This document shows, piece after piece, positions 47,621 to 58,632 of a DNA stretch of 64,000 nucleotides. The position numbers and the translations under genes are program-made. The DNA comes from Clostridia bacterium (lineage in GTDB: Bacteria > Bacillota > Clostridia > JAAYHZ01), in contig JBMNIH010000004.1 of assembly GCA_050950825.1 (NCBI GenBank), positions 64,001 through 128,000 of the forward strand. Reading direction: 5' to 3'. Position 1 is the stretch's first letter. Each line of letters opens with the position of its first letter. Below the pieces are notes generated by a model. It was not told the DNA's origin and searched no databases. It was given only the letters and a program-made list of their open reading frames with translations.

Positions 47621-49771
47621 TTACGGTAAACCCATAAGGCGTACCGTCTGGGTCACAAGAAAGCAAATCGAAAGGCCTATGACGGTAGGAATGAAAAACG
47701 AGAAAACCGTCCATTTCAAGCTTTGGGTTTCTTTCTTTATGGTCCACAGGGTGGTGCCGCAGGGAAAATGAAACAAGGTAAAAAGCATCACGCATACGCC
47801 GGTAAGCCAGGTCCAGCCGTTTGCAACGAAAAGACTCTGAAGCTCCTCAAGAGAGCTTAATTCCATAAGGGAGCCTTGGGACAGGTAGCCCATGATGATA
47901 ATGGGGATCACGATTTCATTGGCCGGCAAACCGAGGAAAAAGGCCAATAGAATGATTCCGTCCATGCCGATAAGCCTGCCGAAAGGATCCAAAAAGGCGG
48001 CCGTATGAGCCAAAAGGCTTTTGTCCGCAACGGTTAAATTGGCCATAATCCAAAGAACAAGACCCGCCGGAGCGGCTATGGTAACGGCGCGTCCCAACAC
48101 AAAAAGGGTACGGTCAAAAACCGATCGTACGATAATGCGCCCGATGGGCGGCTTTCGGTAGGGAGGAAGCTCCAAGGTAAAGGAGGAAGGCAGTCCCTTC
48201 AGTACGGTTTTAGACAGTATGCGGGATACCGTCAGCGTCATAAAGATACCCAGCAAGACGGTGCCGGTAAGGGCGAAAACGGCCGCCGCCGATTGAAAAG
48301 CACCGCCTATCGCTCCCCCTATAAATACGGTACCGATGGCGATTAAGGTAGGGAACCGCCCGTTGCAGGGCACAAAGTTATTGGTTAGAATGGCGATCAG
48401 CCTTTCCCTCGGGGAATCGATGATCCGACAGCCGATCACGCCGGCGGCATTGCATCCGAAGCCCATGCACATGGTCAGCGCCTGTTTCCCGTGGGCACAA
48501 GCTTTCTTAAAGTAGTTATCCAAATTAAAAGCCACTCTCGGAAGGTAGCCTAAATCCTCCAGGAAAGTAAACAAGGGAAAGAAGATGGCCATAGGCGGAA
48601 GCATCACCGATACGACCCATGCCACGGTGCGGTATATGCCGAGAACCAATAAATCGTGAAGCCATAACGGGAAATGAAGCTTCAAGAAAAATTCCGAAAG
48701 CCTCTCTCCGATGCCGAAAAGAAGGCTTCCGAGAAATTGAGACGGTATGTTGGCTCCCGCTATCGTTATCCAAAACACCAGTGTCAAAAGCCCCAGCATG
48801 ATGGGAATGCCGAAGATTTTGGATGTAAGAATGCCGTCGATTTTCCTGTCCAGCCGGTTATACTGCTTATCTTGAAAGGTCACGGCCTTTTTGGCGATCT
48901 CTTCTCCTCTCAGCACCAGAGCGGATACGACGGTATCCTGCAAGCGGCAAAGAGGAAGTCCGTTTTTCTCCATATGCTCCTTCGCTTTTGCAAGAAGCTC
49001 TTGGAGCCCTTTGTCTTCCATAAGGTTAAAGCCTAAAAAGCCTTCAAGAGAGGTTAAAAGGGATGAATCCGGGTCGAGAAGCTGCAAGGAAACCCATCGG
49101 CTGTCGATCTTGTCTTTTACAAGCTCGGCTACTTTCGGACGGACCGTATCGATTGCCTGTTCAATCCTTTCGTCATAGAGGACTTTATAGGGTGTAGTTT
49201 TTATCCTTCCATGGGCGATATCATAAACGGCATCCATTAATTCTGCAAGGCCGATATTTTTTCTCGCTACGGCGGGTACCACGGGTACCCCCAAGCATTC
49301 GGAAAGCTTTTGAAAATCAATCCGGATTTTCTTTCTCTTGGCCTCATCGATGAGATTGACGCAAACTACAACCTTGTCGGTTATCTCCAAGGTTTGTAGA
49401 ACCAAATTCAAATTTCTTTCAAGGCAGGTGGCATCGGTGACGATGATTACGGCGTCCGGCTGCCCGAAGCAGACGAAATTTCTGGCCACCTCCTCTTCTA
49501 CGGAATTGGCCATCAGGGAATAGGTGCCCGGAATGTCGACCATAATAAAATCGGTATCCTTGTGCTTGTATTTCCCTTGGGCATTGGTAACGGTTTTGCC
49601 CGGCCAATTGCCGGTATGCTGCCTTAGACCTGTCAAGCCGTTAAACAAGGTGCTTTTTCCCACGTTCGGGTTGCCGGATAGGGCAATAACCTTATCATAG
49701 GGGGTCTTCATTTCTATGTAGAGCTCGTTTTCCGGCTTTCCCGATAAGACAGGTTCTTTTATTTGCTTCAT
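47621..49771 (-). CDS. feoB: Ferrous iron transport protein B
   Basis: GNPNVGKS, GNWPGKT, DIPG, NLID, GFGC, ELPPY. Confidence 0.95.
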   Translation of the reverse strand: MKQIKEPVLSGKPENELYIEMKTPYDKVIALSGNPNVGKSTLFNGLTGLRQHTGNWPGKTVTNAQGKYKHKDTDFIMVDIPGTYSLMANSVEEEVARNFVCFGQPDAVIIVTDATCLERNLNLVLQTLEITDKVVVCVNLIDEAKRKKIRIDFQKLSECLGVPVVPAVARKNIGLAELMDAVYDIAHGRIKTTPYKVLYDERIEQAIDTVRPKVAELVKDKIDSRWVSLQLLDPDSSLLTSLEGFLGFNLMEDKGLQELLAKAKEHMEKNGLPLCRLQDTVVSALVLRGEEIAKKAVTFQDKQYNRLDRKIDGILTSKIFGIPIMLGLLTLVFWITIAGANIPSQFLGSLLFGIGERLSEFFLKLHFPLWLHDLLVLGIYRTVAWVVSVMLPPMAIFFPLFTFLEDLGYLPRVAFNLDNYFKKACAHGKQALTMCMGFGCNAAGVIGCRIIDSPRERLIAILTNNFVPCNGRFPTLIAIGTVFIGGAIGGAFQSAAAVFALTGTVLLGIFMTLTVSRILSKTVLKGLPSSFTLELPPYRKPPIGRIIVRSVFDRTLFVLGRAVTIAAPAGLVLWIMANLTVADKSLLAHTAAFLDPFGRLIGMDGIILLAFFLGLPANEIVIPIIIMGYLSQGSLMELSSLEELQSLFVANGWTWLTGVCVMLFTLFHFPCGTTLWTIKKETQSLKWTVFSFFIPTVIGLSICFLVTQTVRLMGLP

Positions 49772-49788
49772 AAAAAGAATCCTCCTTG

Positions 49789-50031
49789 TCAGCGAAGCTC
49801 AACCATGATTTTGCTCGCCTCTTCCGAACGCAAAGCGATGACGGCTCCGCGAACGCAGTATGCGGTAGGATCACCGGAAGGACTCCTTTGAAGGGCTTCT
49901 ACTAATGTGTCGGTTACGAAGCCTAAATCCAACATTCTTCTTCTTGATATGCCGTCGGAAGAAAGGGATTTGACTTTTCCGAATCGACCTTTCGGTAAAA
50001 AACTTAAGGGTATAAATCCTTTGTCAAGCAT
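49789..50031 (-). CDS. feoA: Ferrous iron transport protein A
   Basis: RRRMLDLG, SPSGDP, IALRSEEA. Confidence 0.92.
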   Translation of the reverse strand: MLDKGFIPLSFLPKGRFGKVKSLSSDGISRRRMLDLGFVTDTLVEALQRSPSGDPTAYCVRGAVIALRSEEASKIMVELR

Positions 50032-50124
50032 TGTTAACCTCCGATAAAAGTATTGTCTATGTACGTATCTAACGCATCCATTACAAAACGGTTCTTAGGG
50101 GTGTGAAAAAGTTTTTCCCTACAC

Positions 50125-50153
50125 TAACATATGAAAAATATATTCCTTGTGTT
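50125..50153 (-). promoter_or_regulatory. SigK-like promoter for feoAB
   Basis: On the minus strand AACA-16-CATATGTTA. Confidence 0.5.
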
Positions 50154-50207
50154 CCGAATATAATGAAACGGGGGAAAATTTTGTTGACATAAAAGAAAGG
50201 GTCCGAC

Positions 50208-50687
50208 ATGGGAAAAAAAGAGTTTTATACGGTAAGGGGATACCAGCTCCTTTTACAGAACAAAAAGTCGTTGTCCTCGGCGATGGAAGATTATCTTGAA
50301 ATGATTTTCCGAACCGGCAAGCAGGAAGGCATCGTGCGTATCGGCCGGTTGGCGGAGCTTTTGAATGTAAAAGCATCGTCGGCTACCAAAATGGTTCAAA
50401 AGCTGGGGGAGTTAGGCTTGGTTCGCTACGAAAGATACGGCTTCATCGAGCTTACGGAAGACGGAAAAAACGTAGGAGAATATTTGTTGTACAGGCATAA
50501 CGTCATAGAAGGATTTTTAAAGCTGATCGGAATCAAAGAGAATTTATTGGTTGAAACGGAGCTCATCGAACACAATATCAGTCCCGAGACACTGAAGAAA
50601 ATGAAAATATTGACGGACTTTCTTGACGGTATGCAAGAAATCAAAGAGAGCTTTGAAAGGTTTAAAAAAGAACGAGAAGAAGAATAG
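50208..50687 (+). CDS. DtxR/MntR family metal-dependent regulator
   Basis: MEDYLEMI, SSATKMV.KL, RH...E.FL, E.IEH.IS. Confidence 0.92.
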   Translation: MGKKEFYTVRGYQLLLQNKKSLSSAMEDYLEMIFRTGKQEGIVRIGRLAELLNVKASSATKMVQKLGELGLVRYERYGFIELTEDGKNVGEYLLYRHNVIEGFLKLIGIKENLLVETELIEHNISPETLKKMKILTDFLDGMQEIKESFERFKKEREEE

Positions 50688-50856
50688 CTTTTCGCACTCG
50701 AACAAAAGGCTTTATCGTTTGTACGATTCATATTTTCTTTTTTCCCCGGCTCAAAGAAAGATCAATATTTGCTATAATGAAAGCAAAATTACGCTGGTAT
50801 CTACCGGTATATTAAGCTATACTCGGATATAGGAAGGATACAAGGAGGTGTATTCG

Positions 50857-51714
50857 GTGGCACAATTTATAATCTCCGCTTTTGCCGATGAAATTGCCCA
50901 AGATCTGCAAACACAGATGGATGTGCTGGAAGAATACGGCGTTCGATATATCGAAATGAGAGGGGTTAACGGAAAAGGCTTGGTAACCTACCCTCTTGAC
51001 GAGGTGCGGGAAATCAAAAAGCGGCTTGACAAAAGAGGCTTTAAGCTTTCGTCGGTGGGATCTCCCATAGGAAAAATCAACATTACCGATGATTTCGAAC
51101 CTCATATGGAGCTTTTCAAGCACACATTGCAAATTGCCGAAATCATGGGCGCCCCGTATATCCGTATGTTCAGCTTTTTTATCCCGAAGGGAGAAGACCC
51201 GGCCCGGTATCGGGATGAGGTCATGGAAAGATGGAACCGCTTCATTCAAGCCTCCGGGGACTACGATGTTCTTTTGCTTCATGAAAATGAAAAAGACATT
51301 TACGGGGATACCGCCGAAAGATGCTTGGATTTGATGAAGACATTGAACAGTCCGAAGGTAAAATCGGTATTTGACCCCGCCAACTTTATACAATGCGATG
51401 AGGAAACCTACCCGAAGGCTTACCGAATGCTGAAGGATTATGTGGTATACTTGCACATAAAAGACGCTCTTTACGAAGACCGTTCCGTTGTGCCTTCCGG
51501 ATACGGCGACGGAAAAGTGAAGGAAATCTTAACGGATTTATATAAGAACGGTTTTGAAGGCTTCTTGTCGTTGGAGCCTCATCTTCAGCGCTTTAAGGAT
51601 TACGGACGCTTAAGAATAGATTCGAAGGTATTGGACATGGAAGACGGAGGACTGAAACAATTTGCGATCGCAAAAATCGCTTTAGATACCATAATTCGAG
51701 AAATATGCGAGTAA
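50857..51714 (+). CDS. Sugar phosphate isomerase/epimerase (xylose-isomerase-like TIM barrel)
   Basis: SAFADE, HENE, FDPANF, HIKD, SLEPH. Confidence 0.88.
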   Translation: MAQFIISAFADEIAQDLQTQMDVLEEYGVRYIEMRGVNGKGLVTYPLDEVREIKKRLDKRGFKLSSVGSPIGKINITDDFEPHMELFKHTLQIAEIMGAPYIRMFSFFIPKGEDPARYRDEVMERWNRFIQASGDYDVLLLHENEKDIYGDTAERCLDLMKTLNSPKVKSVFDPANFIQCDEETYPKAYRMLKDYVVYLHIKDALYEDRSVVPSGYGDGKVKEILTDLYKNGFEGFLSLEPHLQRFKDYGRLRIDSKVLDMEDGGLKQFAIAKIALDTIIREICE

Positions 51715-51726
51715 GGAGGTTTCGTA

Positions 51727-52881
51727 ATGGATTGTGTTAGGATAGGCGTTATCGGAGTCGGCAATATGGGAACAAGCCATGCCAAAAACATTGCCTCCGG
51801 AAAAGTGGAAAACGCAAAACTCACGGCGGTATGCGATGCCAATCCCGCCAGGCTTGCTTGGTTCAAAGCAAACATGCCGGACGTAAAGGTATTTGAAAAC
51901 GAAGATCAATTGATGGATTCGAAGGAAGTGGATGCCGTCGTGGTTGCTACGGCGCATTTCCTGCATCCTCCCATCGCCATCAAGGCATTTGAAAAGGGCT
52001 TGCATGTATTGATTGAAAAACCTGCCGGCGTATACACCCTGCAAGTAAGAGAGATGAACAAAGCAGCCGAAGAAAGCGGAAAAGTTTTTGCCATCATGTA
52101 CAACCAAAGAACCAACCCGGTATACCGAAAAGCGCGGGAACTGATTAAAGAAGGCGAATTAGGCGAAATCAAACGCTCCATTTGGATAATCACTTCTTGG
52201 TACCGTCCCCAAAGCTATTTCGATTCCGGAGGATGGCGCGCCACGTGGGCGGGAGAAGGGGGAGGCGTTTTATTGAACCAAGACCCCCATCAGCTGGATT
52301 TATGGCAGTGGATTTGCGGAATGCCTAAAAGAGTAAGATCCTTTATGTATTTCGGAAAATATCACGACATTGAAGTGGAAGACGATGTTACCGGATATGT
52401 GGAATATGAAAACGGCGCTACCGGCCTTTTCGTAACGAGTACGGGTGAAGCTCCGGGAACCAACCGTTTGGAAATATCCGGGGACATGGGCAAGATCGTC
52501 ATAGAGGACAAGACCCTGACCTTCTGGAGAAACCGCGTCAATGAAAGACAGTTTAACCGCGAGTATCAAGGCGGATTCGGGCAGCCGGAGTGCTGGAAGT
52601 GTGAAATTCCCATTACCGAGACGGAAACGGGCCATGTAGGAATTTTGAACAACTTCGTCGAAGCCATATTGACCGGGAAAGAATTGATCGCTCCGGGAGT
52701 CGAAGGCATAAACGGGCTCTCCATTTCCAACGCCATGCATTTGTCCGCTTGGTTGGACGATTGGGTAGAAATACCCTTTGACGACAGCTTGTATTACGAA
52801 AAGCTGCAAGAAAAAATGCGTACATCCACCTTCAAAAAGAACGTGGTAGACCGGGTGCTGAACGTAGAAGGCACGCATTAA
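51727..52881 (+). CDS. Gfo/Idh/MocA family oxidoreductase
   Basis: GVIGVGNMG, HVLIEKP, GGGVLLNQDPHQLD. Confidence 0.92.
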   Translation: MDCVRIGVIGVGNMGTSHAKNIASGKVENAKLTAVCDANPARLAWFKANMPDVKVFENEDQLMDSKEVDAVVVATAHFLHPPIAIKAFEKGLHVLIEKPAGVYTLQVREMNKAAEESGKVFAIMYNQRTNPVYRKARELIKEGELGEIKRSIWIITSWYRPQSYFDSGGWRATWAGEGGGVLLNQDPHQLDLWQWICGMPKRVRSFMYFGKYHDIEVEDDVTGYVEYENGATGLFVTSTGEAPGTNRLEISGDMGKIVIEDKTLTFWRNRVNERQFNREYQGGFGQPECWKCEIPITETETGHVGILNNFVEAILTGKELIAPGVEGINGLSISNAMHLSAWLDDWVEIPFDDSLYYEKLQEKMRTSTFKKNVVDRVLNVEGTH

Positions 52882-52894
52882 TCCGTAAAAACAT

Positions 52895-52924
52895 AAAGCT
52901 CCTTACGAAAACAGGAGCTTTTTT
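52895..52924 (+). terminator. Rho-independent terminator
   Basis: aaagctcct/aggagcttt then a T run. Confidence 0.7.
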
Positions 52925-53511
52925 GTTGCCGAATGCATAAAAGGCCTGTAAGATTGATAATAATTTTAAAAATAGCGAAGGAGTAAGGTTTCTCGTGAAA
53001 AAGCGGAAAATCGTATTCACCGTGCTGTTGGCGTTAGGGGTTGTGTTTTCGCTTTTGGCCGAGCATTTTTCCGACTTTGTTGAAACCTATTACTCGGCCG
53101 GGTTCTATTACGGAGTCATTCGACCCTACGGCATCCTTATCGGTTATCTGCCCTTTTCTCTTGCCGAGGTTACGGTTGTCCTGTCGGCCTTTTACGGAGC
53201 TTATCTTTTCATAAAAGGGATGATACGGTTCATACAAAGCCCGGCGGCATTTTTAAAGCTTTTGCCGAAAAGAATGCTCCGTATGTTGTATCTTTTCCTT
53301 GCTCTTTTTTTGACGTTTCAATTGATGTGGGGCTTACACTACAGCCGAAAAACCTTTTCGGAAATTGCAGGCTTTACCTTGGAGGATTTTTGCGAAACGG
53401 AGTTAGCGGAACTGGCAAGGCATTTGGTTGCTTTAGCCAATGAGATCAGGGAAACGGTCTTAGAGGACGACCAAGGCGTCATGATGCTTTCTTATGAAAT
53501 AAGCGAAATGT

Positions 53512-55470
53512 TGATTCTACTGCAAAAACTCAAGTAAATCTATACAATTAATGTACCTAGAAAATTTCATAAAGGGCTCTTAAAAAGCCTCGAAACACTT
53601 GAAAACACTAGACTTGAGACAGGTTTTATGGTAAAATAGATATGTTTCATTAATCCATATTTTGAATTTTCCGGAGATATATTTTATGTTCAGAGCAAAC
53701 GATTCACATAAACAACAACCGATTTTCTCAAGTCTCGATTGGATGCATGAAAAAGCACGCGAAAGATTTAAAAAATCTTGGGCACCTGTATTCTATGAAC
53801 ATGTATTTTGCCATATCAACGAAGAACCTTTTGCGAAATTGTACAGCAAGACAGGCAGACCGAATACACCTGTGAATATATTGCTGTCTTTGGAATATAT
53901 CAAGTATATGAAAGATCTGAATGATCAAGATCTTTTGGATTCCCTATATCTTGATTATCAAACGACTTATGCCGTCGGAGGGAAAACGCTTGGCGAGATT
54001 TACATGTCGGAAAGAACGCTGTATTACTTTCGGGAAAGAGTATATGAATATTTGACGGAGCATCCCGAGGACGAAAACCTCTTATTCGGTCAATTCATAG
54101 AGTTACTGAGGAATTTTGCGAAACTGACAGGAACCTCGCTCGACGAACAAAGAACCGATACGACCATGTTCGTAAGCAACATCAAGAAAGCGGGTCGATT
54201 GGCATTGGCTTACGACGTATTGGAGAAAGGGGTAAAAGCCATTCCGAAAGAACAAAGACCCGAATCAATGGGGAAGGTTCTTGAAAAGGATTTCAAAACC
54301 GAAATGCTGCATAAGGTAAGAACCGTCGATACGGAAAGCAGGCTTACGACGCTTTTGTCTATGAGCGCGGAAGCTCTCAAGATATTGAAGGAACTGCCCG
54401 ACAAGAAAGAATCGGACGAAGTTCGCATACCGGAACGGTTCATCAAAGAACAGTCGGAGACCGATAAAAACGGTAACCTTGTACCGAAGAAGAGCAAAGA
54501 AATCTCGTCCGATTCGCTTCAATCCGCCTATGACGAGGACGCCACCTATCGAAAGAAAGGCAATAAAGGGCAAAGCGGCTATGTACTTGAGGTATCGGAA
54601 ACCTGCTCGAAAGACAACAAAGTTCAATTGATTACCGATTACGCCGTTAAGCCCAACATTGTAAGCGACAAAGAAATATTAAGCGGGCGAATCCGAAAGG
54701 TCAAAGAAAACACCGGATGTACCGACATGTACATAGACGGAGGTTTTCACTCGGAAGATGTTTACAAAGCCGCGGAAGCCAATGATGTCCAAATTCATTT
54801 GACGGACATGTGCGGACGGAAGCCGTCGGACAAGATCTCGGTGAGTGAGTTTGAAATAAAAGAAGAAACGGGATTGATTGAAAAATGCCCTGCGGGTCAT
54901 ATGCCTTTCCGATCGGTTAGAGCGAAAGGACAATTGGTGGCATACTTCGAAACAGATGTTTGTCTGCAATGCGAGCATTTTAACAGATGCTACAGCAAGC
55001 AACAGAACAAAAACTGTGTGGTGAGAATCAGTGAAAAAGCAATGGAAACCGCAAGGAAACGAGAAGAAATAGCCACTTGCAGGAAGGAAAACGTTAGTAA
55101 GAGAGCGGGAATCGAAGGAACCGTTTCGGCGTTGAAACGCACAGGACTGAATAATATGAAGGTACGCGGTTTGATTAAATCAACCGTTGTATGCGGATTC
55201 TTATCAATGGCGCAGAACATAAAACGAGTTATCAAATTTTTGCAAGGCGGATATGCAAAAGTAACAACTTGACAAACAAAAGGGATTATTGTGCCTTTTA
55301 TTAGGCAAAAGGTAAAAAACACATGAAAACTACCTCGATTTGATATCGAATCGAGGTAGCTGATACCCAAATTCGGGACGTTTATCGCAATTGAATACCA
55401 TAAATTGGATTTTATTATGTCATTAGTGTAATTTTACGAGTGTAAGAATGAGCTTTTTGCAGTAGAATCA
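53512..55470. mobile_element. IS1182-like insertion sequence (~1.96 kb)
   Basis: Terminal IRs TGATTCTACTGCAAAAA(G)CTCA. Target duplication ATGT (53508-53511 / 55471-55474), or AATGTT if the ends are one base shorter. Confidence 0.92.
53686..55272 (+). CDS. DDE transposase (IS1182/IS5-like)
   Basis: LYS..GRPN.PV, DTT, DEDA, DGGF, CPAGH..C..C....C, RAGIEGT.S.LKR. Confidence 0.9.
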   Translation: MFRANDSHKQQPIFSSLDWMHEKARERFKKSWAPVFYEHVFCHINEEPFAKLYSKTGRPNTPVNILLSLEYIKYMKDLNDQDLLDSLYLDYQTTYAVGGKTLGEIYMSERTLYYFRERVYEYLTEHPEDENLLFGQFIELLRNFAKLTGTSLDEQRTDTTMFVSNIKKAGRLALAYDVLEKGVKAIPKEQRPESMGKVLEKDFKTEMLHKVRTVDTESRLTTLLSMSAEALKILKELPDKKESDEVRIPERFIKEQSETDKNGNLVPKKSKEISSDSLQSAYDEDATYRKKGNKGQSGYVLEVSETCSKDNKVQLITDYAVKPNIVSDKEILSGRIRKVKENTGCTDMYIDGGFHSEDVYKAAEANDVQIHLTDMCGRKPSDKISVSEFEIKEETGLIEKCPAGHMPFRSVRAKGQLVAYFETDVCLQCEHFNRCYSKQQNKNCVVRISEKAMETARKREEIATCRKENVSKRAGIEGTVSALKRTGLNNMKVRGLIKSTVVCGFLSMAQNIKRVIKFLQGGYAKVTT

Positions 55471-56095
55471 ATGTTTAAAAGGGCATCCTTAGGGTACGAA
55501 GAAGCGGGAGTACGGTATCCCGAACTGAAAGGCAACTACGGCATTCCGAAGGGCGTCTTCCTGTCTCGGTATTGGTCCTATACGGGGATAGCCGGTATGT
55601 ATTTTCCTTTTACGGCGGAGGCGAATATCAACACGAACCTGCCTCATTTTATGCTGCCGTCCGTGACCGCCCACGAGATGGCACACCAAAGAGGCTTTGC
55701 CCGGGAGGACGAAGCCAATTACATCGCCTATTTAACGGGAAGGCTTCATCCGGATCCGGATTTTCAATACTCCGGGGTTATGCTGGCGCTGCGGTATACC
55801 ATGAGTACCTTAAGGAAGGTTCGAGAGGATCTTTACATGGAGGTTCTTTCCGAATACGGAGAAGGAATTCTTCGCGATTTTTTGGCTTGGCAGGATTACA
55901 AAGAAAAATACGAGGGCTTGATTAATGATCTGACAAGTGATATAAACGATTTGTATTTGAAAGCCAACAACCAAGAAGAGGGGATCGAAAGCTACGGACG
56001 AATGGTGGCGCTGCTTCTTGCGGATTATCGCGCCGCAAATGAAGCCGGTGCCCGATAATGACCGATCCGATTTTTTATACATAAAGGAGTGACCC

Positions 56096-56437
56096 ATGAA
56101 ATTTGTAACACAAAAAGTACCGTATTTTTTGGCCGTCATCGCGGCATACTATTTGCTTCCTTTGTTCGGGAAGGATACCGGAAGCTTTATGCTGATTCTG
56201 CTCGTTTTAATGCCTATCGTATGCTTCGCATCCGCTTTTTGGTACGGGATAAAACGGGGCTTGGCCTTGACCTTTCCGTTGATAATCGCAATATTGTTTG
56301 TCCCTTCCGTATTTTTATTCTACAACTATACGGCTTGGGTTTACGCCGTCGTATACGGCATCATCGGTCTTATAGGGAATTTAGCGGGAGGTCTTTTATT
56401 TAAAAATAAGCAAGGGGAGTCAGGATTGAAAAAATGA
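56096..56437 (+). CDS. Small 4-TM membrane protein
   Basis: Hydrophobic 113-aa ORF with RBS aggag. Confidence 0.75.
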   Translation: MKFVTQKVPYFLAVIAAYYLLPLFGKDTGSFMLILLVLMPIVCFASAFWYGIKRGLALTFPLIIAILFVPSVFLFYNYTAWVYAVVYGIIGLIGNLAGGLLFKNKQGESGLKK

Positions 56438-56925
56438 ACGTAAGGGTAAGAGAATACCGAGAAGAAGACATACCTTCCATGATACGCATTTGGAATGAAG
56501 TGGTGGAGGAAGGAAACGCCTTTCCTCAGGAGGAATGCTTGACGGAAGAGACGGGGAAAATATTTTTTGGAGAGCAAACCTACTGCGGAGTAGCGGAAAA
56601 TGCTTTAAACGGAGAACTGCTCGGCTTATACATTCTGCATCCGAATAACGTGGGAAGGTGCGGACATATCAGTAATGCAAGCTACGCCGTCCGATCGGAA
56701 TACCGAGGAAGGGGAATCGGTAAAAAATTGGTGACAGACTGTATGGCCAATGCCAAAAGGTGCGGATTTACCGTTTTGCAGTTTAATGCGGTGGTAGCTA
56801 CCAATACCGCGGCAAGACGTTTGTACGAAAACTTAGGCTTTAAGCAGTTAGGTACGATACCCGGCGGTTTTCGAATGAAGGACGGGCGCTACGAAGATAT
56901 CTGCCCTTATTACATCCTTCTTTGA
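56434..56925 (+). CDS. GNAT family N-acetyltransferase
   Basis: HISNASYAV...RGRGIG, QFNAVV.TN..A..LY..LGF. Confidence 0.9.
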   Translation: MNVRVREYREEDIPSMIRIWNEVVEEGNAFPQEECLTEETGKIFFGEQTYCGVAENALNGELLGLYILHPNNVGRCGHISNASYAVRSEYRGRGIGKKLVTDCMANAKRCGFTVLQFNAVVATNTAARRLYENLGFKQLGTIPGGFRMKDGRYEDICPYYILL

Positions 56926-57018
56926 AACAAATAAAGATTTGGAAAAAGTAAAAATTTTGACATACGGCACTTTACTTTTTTCATCCTATCCATTAGAATA
57001 GAGTTCAATGTAAATAAA

Positions 57019-57290
57019 AAAGGCTATGAAGGGAAGAAGTAAGTTCGGATCAGCCTTTACAGAGAGCAGCCGGCAGGTGAAAGGCTGCAAGGAAGCCGAA
57101 CCGAATACATCCCGGAGCCGCAGCCTGAAAGCTTTTTTATTAAAGCAAGTAGGGTGTGACGGGTTCGCCCGATACAGCGTATGAGTGTGTTTGCACTCGG
57201 TGAGGAAAATCTCGCGAGGGATTTTCGAAGATGAGGTGGTACCGCATATTCTGCCCTCTGTTCTACATACGGGAACAGAGGGTTTTATTA
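57019..57290 (+). ncRNA. T-box riboswitch (Tyr specifier)
   Basis: Stem I with AGAGA and GGTGA motifs; specifier TAC at 57106-57108; T-box GAGGTGGTACCGC ending at 57245; terminator ccctctgttc/gaacagaggg plus T run. Confidence 0.93.
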
Positions 57291-57327
57291 ATTTATACGA
57301 TCATTTGAAAAAGGAGTTGAACGGAAC

Positions 57328-58551
57328 ATGAAAATTTACGAAGAACTTATGGCTCGCGGTTTGATCGCCCAAGTTACGGATGAAGAAGAAATCCGAGAGC
57401 TTATCAATAACGGTAAAGCAACATTCTATATAGGGTTTGACCCGACGGCGGATTCGCTGCACGTAGGTCACTTTATGGCGCTGTCTTTGATGAAGCGGTT
57501 GCAGCTTGCCGGGAACAGGCCGGTGGTCCTTTTAGGCGGGGGTACCGGGTTTATCGGGGATCCCTCCGGGAGAACCGATATGCGTACCATGATGACCGCG
57601 GAAACCATCCGGCACAATATTGAATGCTTCAAAAAGCAAATGGAAAGATTTATCGAGTTCGGCGAAGGCAAAGCCATTATGGTAAACAATGCGGATTGGC
57701 TTTTGAAGCTGAACTATATCGAAATGCTGCGGGAAGTGGGCATCCATTTTTCGGTTAACAACATGCTTCGTGCGGAATGCTACAAGCAGCGCTTGGAAAG
57801 AGGACTTTCCTTCCTGGAACTGAACTACATGATCATGCAGTCCTTCGATTTCTACTACCTGTTTAAAAACTACGGATGCAATATGCAGTTCGGAGGGGAC
57901 GACCAGTGGTCCAACATGTTAGGCGGCAAAGAACTGATTCGCAGAAAACTGGGCAAAGACGCTTACGCCATGACCATTCCCCTTTTGTTAAATTCCGAAG
58001 GCCAGAAAATGGGGAAAACCGCAAAAGGAGCCGTTTGGTTGGATCCTAACAAAACCTCTCCCTTCGAGTTTTATCAATACTGGCGTAACGTGGACGATGC
58101 CGACGTAATCAAATGCTTGCGCATGCTGACATTCCTGCCCTTGGAGGAAATCAACGAAATGGAAAAATGGGAAGGAAGCCAAATCAATCGAGCCAAGGAG
58201 ATCTTGGCCTTCGAGCTGACGAAGCTGGTACACGGGGAAGAAGAAGCGAATAAAGCGGACCAAGCCGCTCGTGCGCTTTTTGTTGCCGGTACGGAGGACT
58301 CCAATATGCCTTCGACGGAAATCACGGCGGACCTTTTACAAGATGATGCCATCAACGTTTTGGATTTGTTGCTTGCCTGCGGCTTAACGCCCTCAAAAAG
58401 CGAAGCAAGGCGCCTTGTTCAGCAGGGAGGCTTGCAAATCGACGATGTAAAAATCGAATCCATCGACCATACGGTTACCGCCGAAGAGTTGAAGACAGGC
58501 GTAAAAATTAAAAAGGGAAAGAAAACCTTCCACAAAGCGTATATGAATTGA
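57328..58551 (+). CDS. tyrS: Tyrosine--tRNA ligase
   Basis: [28 protein letters not shown]-terminal S4-like domain. Confidence 0.97.
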   Translation: MKIYEELMARGLIAQVTDEEEIRELINNGKATFYIGFDPTADSLHVGHFMALSLMKRLQLAGNRPVVLLGGGTGFIGDPSGRTDMRTMMTAETIRHNIECFKKQMERFIEFGEGKAIMVNNADWLLKLNYIEMLREVGIHFSVNNMLRAECYKQRLERGLSFLELNYMIMQSFDFYYLFKNYGCNMQFGGDDQWSNMLGGKELIRRKLGKDAYAMTIPLLLNSEGQKMGKTAKGAVWLDPNKTSPFEFYQYWRNVDDADVIKCLRMLTFLPLEEINEMEKWEGSQINRAKEILAFELTKLVHGEEEANKADQAARALFVAGTEDSNMPSTEITADLLQDDAINVLDLLLACGLTPSKSEARRLVQQGGLQIDDVKIESIDHTVTAEELKTGVKIKKGKKTFHKAYMN

Positions 58552-58576
58552 CGAAATGCACCGGTTTATCAATAGG

Positions 58577-58618
58577 AAAAAGGGCTGCAAAATGAATTCT
58601 TCTGCAGCCCTCTTTTTT
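58577..58618. terminator. Bidirectional terminator
   Basis: agggctgca/tgcagccct flanked by A and T runs. Confidence 0.75.
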
Positions 58619-58632
58619 ATGCCAAATCCTTC

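Larger units (their letters stand above)
52995..56058 (+). pseudogene. DUF3810 family membrane zinc-peptidase-like gene split by an IS (N-part 52995-53511, C-part 55471-56058)
   Basis: N-part has VETYYS, PFSLAE, WGLHYSR. C-part has G.Y.PFTAEAN.N and HEMAHQRG.AREDEAN. Removing the IS plus one TSD restores ..YEISEMFKRAS.. in frame. Confidence 0.9.

Noticed and set aside
50040-50110. DtxR/MntR operator in the feoA leader
   Set aside because: Only weak partial dyads; cannot define a box by eye.
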